Below are positions 30,498-41,232 of a stretch of 64,000 nucleotides of DNA, piece by piece. The stretch spans positions 372,001 to 436,000 of the forward strand of contig CBFFSA010000008.1 in NCBI GenBank assembly GCA_965644495.1, given 5' to 3'. The first letter of the stretch is position 1. Each line of letters opens with the position of its first letter. A program made the translations under genes and the position numbers. The notes under the pieces are model-generated. The model ran no database searches, was not told the DNA's origin, and was given only the letters and a program-made list of their open reading frames with translations. This DNA is from Perkinsela sp. CCAP 1560/9 (taxonomy: Eukaryota; Protista; Euglenozoa: Kinetoplastea).

Positions 30498-31997
30498 CTA
30501 GAACTGCATAGAAGTTGAAGCCTTTTTGAGACTATCTACCTTTGAACGTCCCGGAAGTGCGGCAGTCTTCTTCACTGGGCCGCTCGACGTACCAACTTGA
30601 GATGAAGCAGGAATAGTACCAACTTGCGATTTCTCTTCAGTAGGCACACGTAACGGTTGTGGTAGTGAAGTGGTAGCGTGAGATACGGCTCGCCCTGGAT
30701 CCCAACCTGCCATGTGTTGTGCACTAACACTTGGACTCCACGGCGTTGGCATCGGCGCGGGCAAATGACTCGGAACCCTCACCGCATCCGCCTTCCTCAC
30801 ACCCCCCTCCCCTGCGGGAATCCCCTTTGAGGCATCACTCACAACCACACACTGTGTCTCCGGCATCCCCCTCCGCCCACCGCCGGCTCGCGCGCCTTCT
30901 CCTGTTCCGACCTCCTCCTTTCCCCGTGCCCCCCAACGCCACTCCGCTAACGCCATCTCCGCCTGCCGCGGCCCCGCAGTAAGCACATCCCCCCACTTCC
31001 CCTTCGGGTGGATCGCATCTGTCGGGGGTCGACCCCACTGCCCGCGGTCATGCCCCCAACTCGTCCCCGGCGGCAGCGGCGCATTCACCCCCGGGAGCAA
31101 CAACGAGGGATACCCCGGCGGGGGGCCATGGACCTGCATGTGCACCAGCCACGGAGGGGGATACGGCGTCGACACCCCCGCCGGCATCCCCAGTGCCACC
31201 CGCAGCCGGCTCGAGAGGAACCCGGGCTGCACATCACGATGGCCCGGGGCCCGACGCTCCCCCTCGGTGTACAGCACCCCGAGCTCCGCACACACCCCGC
31301 TCGAGACTTTGGTGAAACAGTCACGTAGGGCGTCGTAGTCGGGTCGTGGGGCAACGAGTGCGTTACTCCCCTTGGATGCGGCCGTGCCGTGGTGCTGGCT
31401 GGCGCGTGCCTTGTCGACGTAGTACTTGCGTATCGTAGCGACTCGAGTCCCCGCGACATCCGCGGGTAACTCGTACCGCAGATTCGAGGAGCGCTGGGAG
31501 AGGTATTTCCGACGGTGACTCCAGTGTTGGGGGACGGGGACGTAGTTGCGGTAGGTACGGAGGTGGACCGCGGCGATGGGGTCATTGGCGTTGATGTCAT
31601 GGAGATCTACGGCCTCGGGGCGGTATACCGCGAGTTTGAGACGGCCAACCGTCCAGGGGTCCGTCTTCCGTTTCTGACGTAGAGTTGTGGGAGGATTAGG
31701 TACCGCATTTCCGGCGGCAGCCTTTTCTGTAGTCGAGGTTGTCATGTCATGCTCTTCTTCGTCATGCTCTTCTTTGGTTTCGTCTGCTTCTATAGATGAT
31801 TCGTTTTTTCGAGAGTGAAAGCGAGTGATCATTTCTTGAATTTCAGGATCATACTCGTCGATCGCCCTTGGGACGATCGGGACCACACGTGCAGCTTTGC
31901 CCTTAGAGCCAGCTTTTCCTTTTGCTTGCCTTCTTTTGGATGTTGAATTGGCAGTTTGCGGCTCAAATTTTATGAATTTCCGAGGTTTGGCTGTCAT
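30498..31997 (-). CDS. SF3B2: Splicing factor 3B subunit 2 (SAP145/Cus1)
   Basis: RPEAVDLHDINANDP, RNYVPVPQHWSHRRKYL, PGFLSSRLRVALGM, PPPWLVHMQVHGPPPGYP...PGVNAPLPPG. Confidence 0.9.
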   Translation of the reverse strand: MTAKPRKFIKFEPQTANSTSKRRQAKGKAGSKGKAARVVPIVPRAIDEYDPEIQEMITRFHSRKNESSIEADETKEEHDEEEHDMTTSTTEKAAAGNAVPNPPTTLRQKRKTDPWTVGRLKLAVYRPEAVDLHDINANDPIAAVHLRTYRNYVPVPQHWSHRRKYLSQRSSNLRYELPADVAGTRVATIRKYYVDKARASQHHGTAASKGSNALVAPRPDYDALRDCFTKVSSGVCAELGVLYTEGERRAPGHRDVQPGFLSSRLRVALGMPAGVSTPYPPPWLVHMQVHGPPPGYPSLLLPGVNAPLPPGTSWGHDRGQWGRPPTDAIHPKGKWGDVLTAGPRQAEMALAEWRWGARGKEEVGTGEGARAGGGRRGMPETQCVVVSDASKGIPAGEGGVRKADAVRVPSHLPAPMPTPWSPSVSAQHMAGWDPGRAVSHATTSLPQPLRVPTEEKSQVGTIPASSQVGTSSGPVKKTAALPGRSKVDSLKKASTSMQF

Positions 31998-32225
31998 AAC
32001 GAACGTTAGTATCAAAAAGGAAAGAACTTATAAGACTTGGAAAGCATATATAAAAAGATTTAACTTGAAAAAATATTCATTCAACGTAAAAACTGATTTT
32101 GCGCTTAAAGGATCGTAATTTTATATTCACTCACATTTTACAATTGTACGTTTACCTGTGTCACGTGTAATTCTTAATGTATTCAACTTTTTGTGATGCA
32201 GGAATATTCACTCGTCCTCGTTTTC

Positions 32226-32789
32226 CTAGTCGTGCGGAGACCGCTTCGGTGAATCTAGTACAACAGTTATGGGACCTTCATTGCACAGGCTCACATGTGA
32301 AAATGCACCAAAGGCACCCGTGTGTACGCGCGCCGGAACATATTTTTTACGAACAAGCTCTGCAAAAGAGTCAAACATGTCCCGGGCTTTTTCGCTGGAC
32401 ATCGCTTTTCGAAAATCTGGCTTGTGACCCTTTAATTGCTGGCAAAGCGTGAATTGGGAAACGAGCATGATATCACCAGCAATTGCTGTTACGGATTTAC
32501 TCCATCGCCCACTTTCAGGACGCGTTTCCTGAACGGCAATCTCAGACTCATTTGAAGCCTCGCCACTTTTTAGAGATCCGCTTCTGTCTCGGACTTTATT
32601 TTTCAAAGAATCGGTCAACGAGAATAATCGAATATTAAGAATTTTATTTGCCATCCATTCCATGTCATTCACTGTGTCATCGTGGAATATACCAACTAGA
32701 ATGCAAAGTCCGGGACCGGAGATTGAGCTTATGAGCCGCTCCTCCACTTTAACACTTGCACTTATTATGCGTTGAACAACGCACCTCAT
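32226..32789 (-). CDS. DTD1: D-aminoacyl-tRNA deacylase
   Basis: MRCVVQR, ILNIRLF, VSQFTL, TGAFG, NEGPIT. Confidence 0.95.
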   Translation of the reverse strand: MRCVVQRIISASVKVEERLISSISGPGLCILVGIFHDDTVNDMEWMANKILNIRLFSLTDSLKNKVRDRSGSLKSGEASNESEIAVQETRPESGRWSKSVTAIAGDIMLVSQFTLCQQLKGHKPDFRKAMSSEKARDMFDSFAELVRKKYVPARVHTGAFGAFSHVSLCNEGPITVVLDSPKRSPHD

Positions 32790-32920
32790 CTATAAGTTGG
32801 AGTGGTAAAATATACTGCAACACATTATTTGAATATCAAACTGGACCCCAAAGAAAGGTCTTTAAAAGAGCAGGTACATTTCTCTTACCATTTCATGAAT
32901 GTACATGTGAATAAACATTG

Positions 32921-33961
32921 TCAATCTGTAAACGAGGCATCCATGTTGGAAAGAAATTCCATTTCTTTCTCTATATTCTTACGGCTGAATCTGTCCCGAG
33001 ACGCTGATGAGGAGAAGAGAGGTCGAGTGTAGAGACCATCACCTTTCGTTTCTTCCCGAGCCACCTCGGCAAGTCGTTGATCATACAACGCTTCGTGAGA
33101 TGCAGGCAATTCCCGATTCTCACCATCCCCAAGTGCCAATATTTCCGTAAGATCCCTCTGGAACTCTACATCCACCCCCGTACGCCGCCGAATGCCCTCC
33201 ATCCTCAACTGTTGCCGGTGAACCTCCCTTCGTTGTTCCCCCAACACCTTCTCCCGTTCCCTGCGATCCCTACGCTCGTCCTCACTCTCCCGCCCCCGCG
33301 CCGCCCTCAGTTCTTTCTCATACCGCTGCGCGTCGCGCTCGGCCAGCGCTCGCAGCTCGGCCTCCTCCCTCGCGGCCACCGCCTCCGCCAGGCGCCGTTC
33401 CTCCCCCGCCCGTCGCTCCATCTCGTTCCGGGTCTTCGCCTCGATCCGGCTCGCATGGGCGCGCAGCTTGGTGTGCCTCTCCCCGGGTTGGATCAAACCC
33501 TCCGCGGGGTTTTGCAGCGCCCGTACCTCCAGCGGGATCACATGGCCCAGCGGGTTCACGTAGTTCGACACGCAGGAGGGGATGTTCCACTCCGCGCGCT
33601 CCGCAGGGGTGAGCGCACGCGGGGGGGAGCGCTCGGACCGGCCAGGGGGGCTGGACGCACGAACCGGGAGAGCGGCATGGGGAGCGGAGGCTCCTTTGTG
33701 GGAGGCTCGCTTCCTCGGGCGCAGCGGGTCGTTGTGCTGTTCCGCAATCTCAAGGACATGGGAGGAGGGGGAGGGGGAGGGGGCATTGTGGTGAGTGTAT
33801 TGGAGTAACTTGGGGGTTGTGGAGGAGGGGGTGGGGGTGGTGGAGTTTGGGTCCTCGATACCGAGCTCACGGTATCGAGCTTGGAGGGCGAGGCGCGTGA
33901 GATGGAGATTGTGCTCAATTTCGGCGTTGGAGGGTCTGGGGGGTAGGTGTACCGCGCTCAT
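32921..33961 (-). CDS. PRP45: SKIP/SNW1/Prp45 splicing factor, divergent
   Basis: DPLRPRK, SPPRALT...EWNIPSCVSNYVNPLGHVIPLEVR, coiled coil, RDLTEILALG, ALYDQRL. Confidence 0.88.
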   Translation of the reverse strand: MSAVHLPPRPSNAEIEHNLHLTRLALQARYRELGIEDPNSTTPTPSSTTPKLLQYTHHNAPSPSPSSHVLEIAEQHNDPLRPRKRASHKGASAPHAALPVRASSPPGRSERSPPRALTPAERAEWNIPSCVSNYVNPLGHVIPLEVRALQNPAEGLIQPGERHTKLRAHASRIEAKTRNEMERRAGEERRLAEAVAAREEAELRALAERDAQRYEKELRAARGRESEDERRDRREREKVLGEQRREVHRQQLRMEGIRRRTGVDVEFQRDLTEILALGDGENRELPASHEALYDQRLAEVAREETKGDGLYTRPLFSSSASRDRFSRKNIEKEMEFLSNMDASFTD

Positions 33962-34249
33962 GGTTGTGGAGAGGAATGAGGCAGTAGTTATGAAAGAGTT
34001 TAAAAATTAAGACAAAAGTACGATTAAAGGGAAGTGCACGAAGACGCTTGAATACTACATGCATACATGTTTATATGTTTGAATGTGTATATGAGGGACC
34101 GTATCATGTGCTTCTGGAATAGAAAATCGCAGTGCCGTTTGAGTGGGATCCACTTATCCGAGGTTATGTAGGGGGCTTACATGGTTGTCTTACATGATTA
34201 TTAGCGAACTCGATCAAGCACATCATAGCTCATGCATTCACGCTAGTTT

Positions 34250-35368
34250 TCAAGTACAGAAAGAACTCAAGCATCGCACAAACGTTTGCACTCTATCTTC
34301 GATACCGCGCTGCCGAGATATCCTTCGAGATTTTATGAGAGGAAAATGATCGAGATTATTGCGTTCTTTGGATAGTTTGACAGATTTTTTTCGTGGTGAG
34401 AGAAGAACATGTTGTCGTTCACCCTCCTTCCCCGAAAGGCGTTCCCCTTTTATGGTAATCGCAGGAACATCATCGGGAATAACAAATTTGTAAAGGTTGT
34501 AGAAGTTGCAATATTTCACAAGGTGAGGCGGCAATTCCTTGCGATCAATATACGACGAATATGGAAGATAACGCACACCATTGCGTGCATATTTTCTTAA
34601 TAGATTAATGATGCTATTTGACTCCATTCTGTCATTCATATGGCCTGTTCGCGCGTAGGAATCAAGCAGATCCTTTGTCTCTTTGCGGGTCTGAGTTATG
34701 CGACGCATTCGGTTGTGCGCAGTTTTTGCAAGAATGCAAGACGTGGGAGCTAGCACTCCGAAACGCACGAGAGGAGCTACAATGCTTCCAATATGGTGTA
34801 ACCCGGCATAATGTTGAACGGCAAGACATGTGAGCTCCTTGTTTGGCGAATTTGAGTCAAGCGCCGCTAGTAGGTCTAGATTATTCGTTTCTCTTAATGC
34901 TAAACCTAGAAGAAGTAAGCGGCACATAAATGATTTTCGATAGTCAGTCAAAGGCATCATGGGCAGGAGACGGCGTACCAATGTGTTAAAAGAAATCGAA
35001 TGCCGAGCGTTACATTCGCGTGCTAGGTTGGTACAGTGTTTCATGCATAAAAGTGAAGGTAGCGGTATATTTATATCTTCACGTGACTTACAGTTTTGCA
35101 AGCAGTCATGAACGTAAACAAAAGCGTGCTCTCCCGAAGCATCCGTAATCTTAGTGGAGGCGTTGCCCTCATTGCGCTTGTTCCTTGAACGTGAAGGACG
35201 TGTGTTTATTCCGTTATATGTGTTTGCTAGTGGATAAAAAATATCAAAGAGGCCATTCGGGTATTTTCTACGGAACGTAGTTGAGGAGGGTAATTCTGAT
35301 CTAGCATGAAATCGAGGGTTATGTGAGATAGCGTCCGAGACCTCTTTTGATATGGATACAACCTCCAT
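34250..35368 (-). CDS. Hypothetical basic protein
   Basis: 372-aa ORF with ATG start, co-oriented; no confident motif. Confidence 0.6.
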   Translation of the reverse strand: MEVVSISKEVSDAISHNPRFHARSELPSSTTFRRKYPNGLFDIFYPLANTYNGINTRPSRSRNKRNEGNASTKITDASGEHAFVYVHDCLQNCKSREDINIPLPSLLCMKHCTNLARECNARHSISFNTLVRRLLPMMPLTDYRKSFMCRLLLLGLALRETNNLDLLAALDSNSPNKELTCLAVQHYAGLHHIGSIVAPLVRFGVLAPTSCILAKTAHNRMRRITQTRKETKDLLDSYARTGHMNDRMESNSIINLLRKYARNGVRYLPYSSYIDRKELPPHLVKYCNFYNLYKFVIPDDVPAITIKGERLSGKEGERQHVLLSPRKKSVKLSKERNNLDHFPLIKSRRISRQRGIEDRVQTFVRCLSSFCT

Positions 35369-35568
35369 GAACGCATGAGTATTACAGTGTAGGGGACCGG
35401 TGTTTCATACTATACTTTACTTTAACGTTTACAGAATAGTTTTTCATTATGATTTAGTTATTTGTTCGGTTATTTTACATGTATATTCATCTGAATGACG
35501 TAAATATCGCACGTACAACATGAATTTAATGTTAAATTCATTACAAGAGAAAACCATTGATGCATCAT

Positions 35569-37935
35569 TCATTCATTAACCAGGTGAGCGCGTGTGCTTA
35601 TGTCCGGTATGTATCCTGTCGTCTCACGGCGTCCTACAATTGGTGCAGTAGGTTCTAATGCACCAAGGGATCTGAGTTCTTCTAAACTGTACAGCGATTT
35701 TCCGATATCCTTGGAGGTGTCTCTACTTTGTGCCATTTCGCGAAAAAAGCGTTCTACTAGGCAAATGCAGGCATCGGCACTGACATTCGTATTTTCGCCC
35801 AGACAATTCGCGATCCAGAGGGGTAACTTTGCTACCTTTTCTTGCAATGCGTACCTCCTGTCCGCTAATATCATCACGCCATAGTCAGCCTTGTTGCGTA
35901 GAACACGACCAACGCATTGTGCAGATTGCCTCATGGCATCGAATGTGACATACTCGGTTTCGGATATGTTGAGACTTTCTTCCATCCATCGCTTTCGTTC
36001 GTTTAGAGCTCTCTCTTCAGGTGGTAGAAAAGGAACACCAATCATAATCACACAGCGACCATATTGAGAGTCAAAGTCAATCCCTTCAGAAATTTTACCT
36101 CTAGCTATGCTAAAAAATACAGCGCCACGTCCAATGTCACACGCACGGCGATAGTTAGCAAGAGCAAGAGCAGTCTCCTCAACATCCTGGCTTTCAATAA
36201 ACACCAATTTGTGCTTTGTTATTTCGGAGACAAGGCCCGATGTCATCCATGCATGAAGTACCTTTCCCATGTACATGTACCCAGGAAAGAAACAAACCAT
36301 TCCATCAGGAACTACAGCTGCAAGCGAACTAACCAATTTTCCATAATTTGATACCACCGCAGGTTGTACTGAATCGTTTTGTCGTGTTTTGTAACTAGTG
36401 TTTAGTTCAACAAGTTCTGTGGACATTGACATTTGATCTGCCCCGCGAGTAACGACAATGGGAGCAATGCACCTCCTCGTGAGTGTCATTTCAAATGTTT
36501 TCGCGATCATTGGAGTGAAGCCTAATATCTTGGGAAAAATGTGCAGCGGACTGAGCGTACCACTCGTTAAGATTACATTGTTGTAGGACGAGAAAACGGG
36601 GCGCATTGCCACCGCAGCATCAAGACAACATAATTGAAGTACTGGATCGGGAGTACGTTGAATGTTCGTTGGGTCGAAAGGCTCGTAAACAACAGAAAAC
36701 CCATCGTTTTGATAAACGGCTAAAAGGGTTGCGAAGTCTGCCACTAGGCTTAGATGCCGATATGCATACGCATCTGAAATTTCTAGTGTGTTCATGAGAA
36801 GTCGCAATCTTTCAGAAAAAAACTTAAGCTGTGCGGTGTCAAGACCGATTTCTTGCTTCAATTTTTCCAGAAAGAGGGGAGGCTTGCATACATACACAGT
36901 ACTCATAGTAAATACGTATTTATGGAGAAATCCGATCAGCTTGCGCATCATGTGTATAAAATGATCGGCTCGCCTCATCCTACCAGAAACCGCTTCTCTT
37001 TCCATGTCTTGAAGCAACTGAGGTGGGTCCAGTATGCGATCCGTGTCTTGCATACCACTCAATGCGAAACCTTCAACCAATTTCTTGTATTCGTCACGCA
37101 GTCGATCGACGTTGTCCTTTTCAATTTCCGAGTATTTATTCCGAAGACCATCAATATTTGCTCGCTGTGCGATTTCAATATCGCGCTGTGTGAGAGTGAT
37201 GCTAAGCGCTTCAATACACACATCGTCCACGTTATGTCCTTCGTCAAGAATTACGATGCTGTTGGATGACAGACGCGACTGGACTACGGCGCTCAACTTC
37301 GGATCAACTAAATAAGTGTAACTATGCACCAGAAAATCAGCATATTCAACCGCGTGGCGCGCCATCCAATATGGGCAGTGCCCTCTTGCCCGTCCAAGAC
37401 GTCGTAAATCTTCCAAAGCATATACCCCTGTAGGCAGAACGCATTGTCCCACCCCTGCGGCCTCTTCTACATCATTAAAATAGCCACACGCTGTGCGACC
37501 TGAATCACGCAGCCACGATGCAGTCAAACGACGGCATGCAGAGTCTACTTGGGCACCATATCCTTGCGTGTACACGTCCTCATGAATGCACATGTTCTTC
37601 CGAGCAGAGAGACCAATTGCAAGTAATGGTTTCAAGGGCGTCCCACTCTTTTCCCAATATTGAATCAGCCTTCTGAGCTCTTCAAGCACTTTACTCATTT
37701 CGACTACGGTTCGAGTGCAGTATACGATTTTTCCGACGTCAATTTTATACTTGTTCCAGTAGGCAACCAACAAAGACAGAAGAGATATCGTCTTGCCAGT
37801 GCCACTGGGCATTTCCAATAATAAGTGCCCTTTGCGATCGAGGCCATGCTTCAATTCCTGCATGTATTTAAACTGCTCGGGGTAAATGTAGTCATACGGA
37901 AAAAGCACCTCCAGCTCCTCGATGTAGAAACGCAT
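35569..37935 (-). CDS. ERCC2: TFIIH helicase XPD/Rad3
   Basis: FPYDYIYPEQ, EMPSGTGKT, Fe-S cysteines, DEGHN, TSGTLSP, RGKISEGIDF, QCVGRVLRNK. Confidence 0.97.
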   Translation of the reverse strand: MRFYIEELEVLFPYDYIYPEQFKYMQELKHGLDRKGHLLLEMPSGTGKTISLLSLLVAYWNKYKIDVGKIVYCTRTVVEMSKVLEELRRLIQYWEKSGTPLKPLLAIGLSARKNMCIHEDVYTQGYGAQVDSACRRLTASWLRDSGRTACGYFNDVEEAAGVGQCVLPTGVYALEDLRRLGRARGHCPYWMARHAVEYADFLVHSYTYLVDPKLSAVVQSRLSSNSIVILDEGHNVDDVCIEALSITLTQRDIEIAQRANIDGLRNKYSEIEKDNVDRLRDEYKKLVEGFALSGMQDTDRILDPPQLLQDMEREAVSGRMRRADHFIHMMRKLIGFLHKYVFTMSTVYVCKPPLFLEKLKQEIGLDTAQLKFFSERLRLLMNTLEISDAYAYRHLSLVADFATLLAVYQNDGFSVVYEPFDPTNIQRTPDPVLQLCCLDAAVAMRPVFSSYNNVILTSGTLSPLHIFPKILGFTPMIAKTFEMTLTRRCIAPIVVTRGADQMSMSTELVELNTSYKTRQNDSVQPAVVSNYGKLVSSLAAVVPDGMVCFFPGYMYMGKVLHAWMTSGLVSEITKHKLVFIESQDVEETALALANYRRACDIGRGAVFFSIARGKISEGIDFDSQYGRCVIMIGVPFLPPEERALNERKRWMEESLNISETEYVTFDAMRQSAQCVGRVLRNKADYGVMILADRRYALQEKVAKLPLWIANCLGENTNVSADACICLVERFFREMAQSRDTSKDIGKSLYSLEELRSLGALEPTAPIVGRRETTGYIPDISTRAHLVNE

Positions 37936-38254
37936 CCTTCAGGTACTCGCCACTTAGCACAAAGTCTATGCAAGTTATATGCAAGTTAATTCATGTAATT
38001 GATACGAAAATAGTCAATCTAAGTAAGATTTTTCAAAGAATATCAAATTTTTTAAAGTGCGTTTCCAGACGAGGAAGTGAAATACACTTACAACGTGTTA
38101 TCCTTTTTAAAATCGTATCAATAAAGTAATAAAGTGCACCTCCCATATGATGAGCAACCAATATCTCACAGCAGGCTGGATACATTTTGTGTCGCATAGC
38201 TGAGCGTAGCCTAGAATTCTATTCTACTTCACCCAAGTAAAAAAGCTGCACCTA

Positions 38255-38800
38255 TCAAGGTGCTGGGAGAGATTTAAACTCCTCTTGAAGCTGCTTCATA
38301 CGCTGATCGTGCTCCTGTTCTAGCTGCTCCTTCTCCTTCTCATCGGCATTTTGTAGAAGCTGTTGGTACATGTCAAGAGCCGCCTTGGTAACTTTCTCTG
38401 CATCTTCGTAATCATCAGCATAATACGTCGTTCCAGAACTCTCCCGGGAATCCTCGATCGCGGCTCTGGCCTCTTCGAAGGCAGCGTTCAGACTACGAAT
38501 ATCTGTAAAAAATTTATCGTGGTTTCCGTTCGAATAATCACGTCTGGTTACCATCGTAAGCGCACATCTTTGCAGTTGGCATGAACGCATGTTTCCCAAT
38601 GACCGAGAGACTGCACTGCGGGAATAAAAACGACAGTTCGAATTGAAGTCCATGTCATTTTTCCTTAAACATTGACCTCTTACGCTTGAAAACGTTTCTG
38701 TGAGTGTAGCAACCGTAACAGCTGATAAGTGAGATGTGTTCCGGGCGGTTGTCAAGCTCGCGAGCGAGCGACCAAGATAAATTTTATGGGTTAGCGACAT
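38255..38800 (-). CDS. Hypothetical protein, probably mitochondrial
   Basis: Basic, S/T-rich N-terminus and acidic helical C-terminal domain. Confidence 0.65.
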   Translation of the reverse strand: MSLTHKIYLGRSLASLTTARNTSHLSAVTVATLTETFSSVRGQCLRKNDMDFNSNCRFYSRSAVSRSLGNMRSCQLQRCALTMVTRRDYSNGNHDKFFTDIRSLNAAFEEARAAIEDSRESSGTTYYADDYEDAEKVTKAALDMYQQLLQNADEKEKEQLEQEHDQRMKQLQEEFKSLPAP

Positions 38801-39260
38801 GCGAGAAAGTAACGAGCAAAAAAAATAATTACGGTTATACTAAGACACTTAATAGATTCATAAGGAGGAAATAGTTATAGTGTAACAAATTATGCTATGG
38901 CACACCGCCTTTGTTGCACTCTGTTTTAGTATCACTTTTTAAAAAGTATTGTGATCCATCACTCAAATAATATATCATAATATGCGCTCATCTGAACTTA
39001 TAGTATTCCTTACTTTTTGCTGCAGAATTCGAGCAATCTTTCTTTATGAGAAAAATCAAGCCTTGTCCTCATAAGTTTCAAATATAAAATCGTCATATTT
39101 CGAACCGTCTACCGATTTTCAAGCCGCCCAAAACAAAACAATTTTTATACTTTTCCAGTCATCCATTACATATCAAACCTATTTTTTATGTCTTAACATT
39201 TAAACCTTCAAATCAAAACCTTCTCCCCCCCCCACCCTGACCCCCCACCCCCTCTCCCTC

Positions 39261-40775
39261 TCACGACCGCCCGTGGCCGTACGGCCCCGACATCGTCCCA
39301 AACGCACCATACCCCGGGTACACCCCCCCGGGCATCGGCACACCCACCCCATACGGCTGCGCGGGGTTCGCGGGGCCTCCCCCCGCGCCCTCCTGGGGGG
39401 GCTGCAACGGGGGGCCGTACCCCCCCGCCCCGACCCCGTACCCCCCCGCGAGCCCCGCGCTGGGCTCCGTGCCGTAGGGGTAGTACCCGAACCCCGGGGG
39501 GTAGCGCCCGGAGGGGGGCTCGGGGGCGACGACGTGGTGGGGGTACCCGGGCTGCCCGGGGTAGGGGCTGAGGGGTCCCGGACGGGCCCCGGTGGGGAGC
39601 ACGCCGCTGCCGGGGTAGGGCACGTTCAACGGGGAGGGGGAAGCGGCGGTGGCTGGGGGGGTGCCGCCTAGGGGAGCGGGGTAGCCGCGGGGTGCGAGAG
39701 CTGAGGGGTAGGCGGGGGTGCCGGGATGGAGGGAGGAGGGGGGGAGGGTGACGTAGCGGGGGGAGGCGGGGGTGGCGGAGGGGGGGACGACGCCGGGGAG
39801 GGGGTAGCCCGGTACCCGGGGAGAGGCGGAGGTGGGGGAGGAGGAGGAGGGGTAGGCGGAGGAGGGAGCGTAGGGCATGGGGAGGGCGCCACGGTGGGGG
39901 TGGGGGACTGCCGCGGTGTTCCACACCCCCGGGTGGTGGGTTGAGGGGGTGGGAGCGGGAGCGGAGGCTGTGAGGGTGTCGGAGGATAGGGCGGCGTAGC
40001 TACGTGGGGGGACGTACTTCCCTCGGGCGCTGTCGGTGGTGGATGCGGGGATGGGCTGCGGGGTGGGGTGAGATGGCACTTCGTCCTTGGCGAGAACGGG
40101 AGGAGCGGTGTAGGGTACGTGACCGCGGGTCGCGGTTTCTGCATCCGTTTTGAGGTCCGGTGTTCCAAGGGGCGAGGTTGTGTGGAAATCTTGCGAGAAA
40201 GTCGTCAAGGGGGCCGTGACGGCGTCCGGGGCAAAAGCCGCGGTGATGCGTTCCGAGTGCGTTTCCTCACTTTGGAGAGGAATGGCTGTCTCCATGAAAG
40301 TACCGAAGCTGTACGTTCCAGAGACCTGACGCTCCGCTAAGGGTTCTAAGACCAACGGGGAAATTTGATGGCTGTAAGCAACGTGTCTGGGTAACGGGGA
40401 GGGTACAATTTGGATCGTGTTTTCTTCAGCCGATCCGACGCGCCGTTCTACTGCGTCTTTTCCTTGAGCTTCCTGCAATACATCAGTTTTTGCGATATGC
40501 TCCACGATTGGTATGGTTTTCAGTGCGGGGACACTGACCTGCGATGCAGTTGGGGGACGTACGGCTTTTTCATCCTGTGCAGGACCTTTGGGTGGCGAGG
40601 ACGGCTTGATTATAGTGTTGTCTTGAATTTTACTCGTCGGAGCTGATTCAGTGGAAGCCGTTTTCACAATTGAACATTTCGCGCGGACACGTTCCGAAAA
40701 TGACATGCCATCTTGGACCCTAGAAAAAGAACCACCCCAAGCTCCAAAAGCTTTAGTAGTTGCAGTTGGCGTCAT
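39261..40775 (-). CDS. Low-complexity Pro/Gly/Tyr-rich protein
   Basis: 504-aa ORF with ATG start and PGY/PYP/YG repeats in the C-terminal half. Confidence 0.65.
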   Translation of the reverse strand: MTPTATTKAFGAWGGSFSRVQDGMSFSERVRAKCSIVKTASTESAPTSKIQDNTIIKPSSPPKGPAQDEKAVRPPTASQVSVPALKTIPIVEHIAKTDVLQEAQGKDAVERRVGSAEENTIQIVPSPLPRHVAYSHQISPLVLEPLAERQVSGTYSFGTFMETAIPLQSEETHSERITAAFAPDAVTAPLTTFSQDFHTTSPLGTPDLKTDAETATRGHVPYTAPPVLAKDEVPSHPTPQPIPASTTDSARGKYVPPRSYAALSSDTLTASAPAPTPSTHHPGVWNTAAVPHPHRGALPMPYAPSSAYPSSSSPTSASPRVPGYPLPGVVPPSATPASPRYVTLPPSSLHPGTPAYPSALAPRGYPAPLGGTPPATAASPSPLNVPYPGSGVLPTGARPGPLSPYPGQPGYPHHVVAPEPPSGRYPPGFGYYPYGTEPSAGLAGGYGVGAGGYGPPLQPPQEGAGGGPANPAQPYGVGVPMPGGVYPGYGAFGTMSGPYGHGRS

Positions 40776-41232
40776 GGCAGTTTGTTGGCCAAGCGCAGAG
40801 GGTGGTAAGCTAATTCTGGAACACTTTTGGTAACAGAAAATACAAAATAAACTCTTCAGCTAGATAATAGAGTGGAGTAAACTGCTCGTCAATGCTAGTA
40901 ACAAATATTTTGCTGAGCGTAAATTATTTTACTGTTGAACCTATTCAATACAGCGCTGTGCAACGTGGCGCACATCTCGAAAAAACGTCTTTCTAAAATA
41001 GCTCATTTTATTATAGTTATCATAAAGTGTAGTCTACAATTGTGAGCCATCATAATTGTTGAGCCCAACCGTAACTTTTATCTATTTGATCTTTCGATAT
41101 TTAAGAATTGGATTCCCTAGAATAGATTACTTTTTCATGCTATACTGTATATTGAAGGTTCTGGTAAAATATTTTCGGACGCTCATTGAACTATGGATGG
41201 TGAAGCTGGGGCATTTTCGTTTTACAGTAAGG

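Noticed and set aside
33077-33918. Long alternative-frame and antisense ORFs here and at 31085-31600 and 39208-40168
   Set aside because: They are by-products of stop-codon scarcity in the GC-rich islands.
34740-34920. Possible HhH motif (AGLHHIGSIVA) in the 372-aa hypothetical protein
   Set aside because: Too short and degenerate to support without a profile search.
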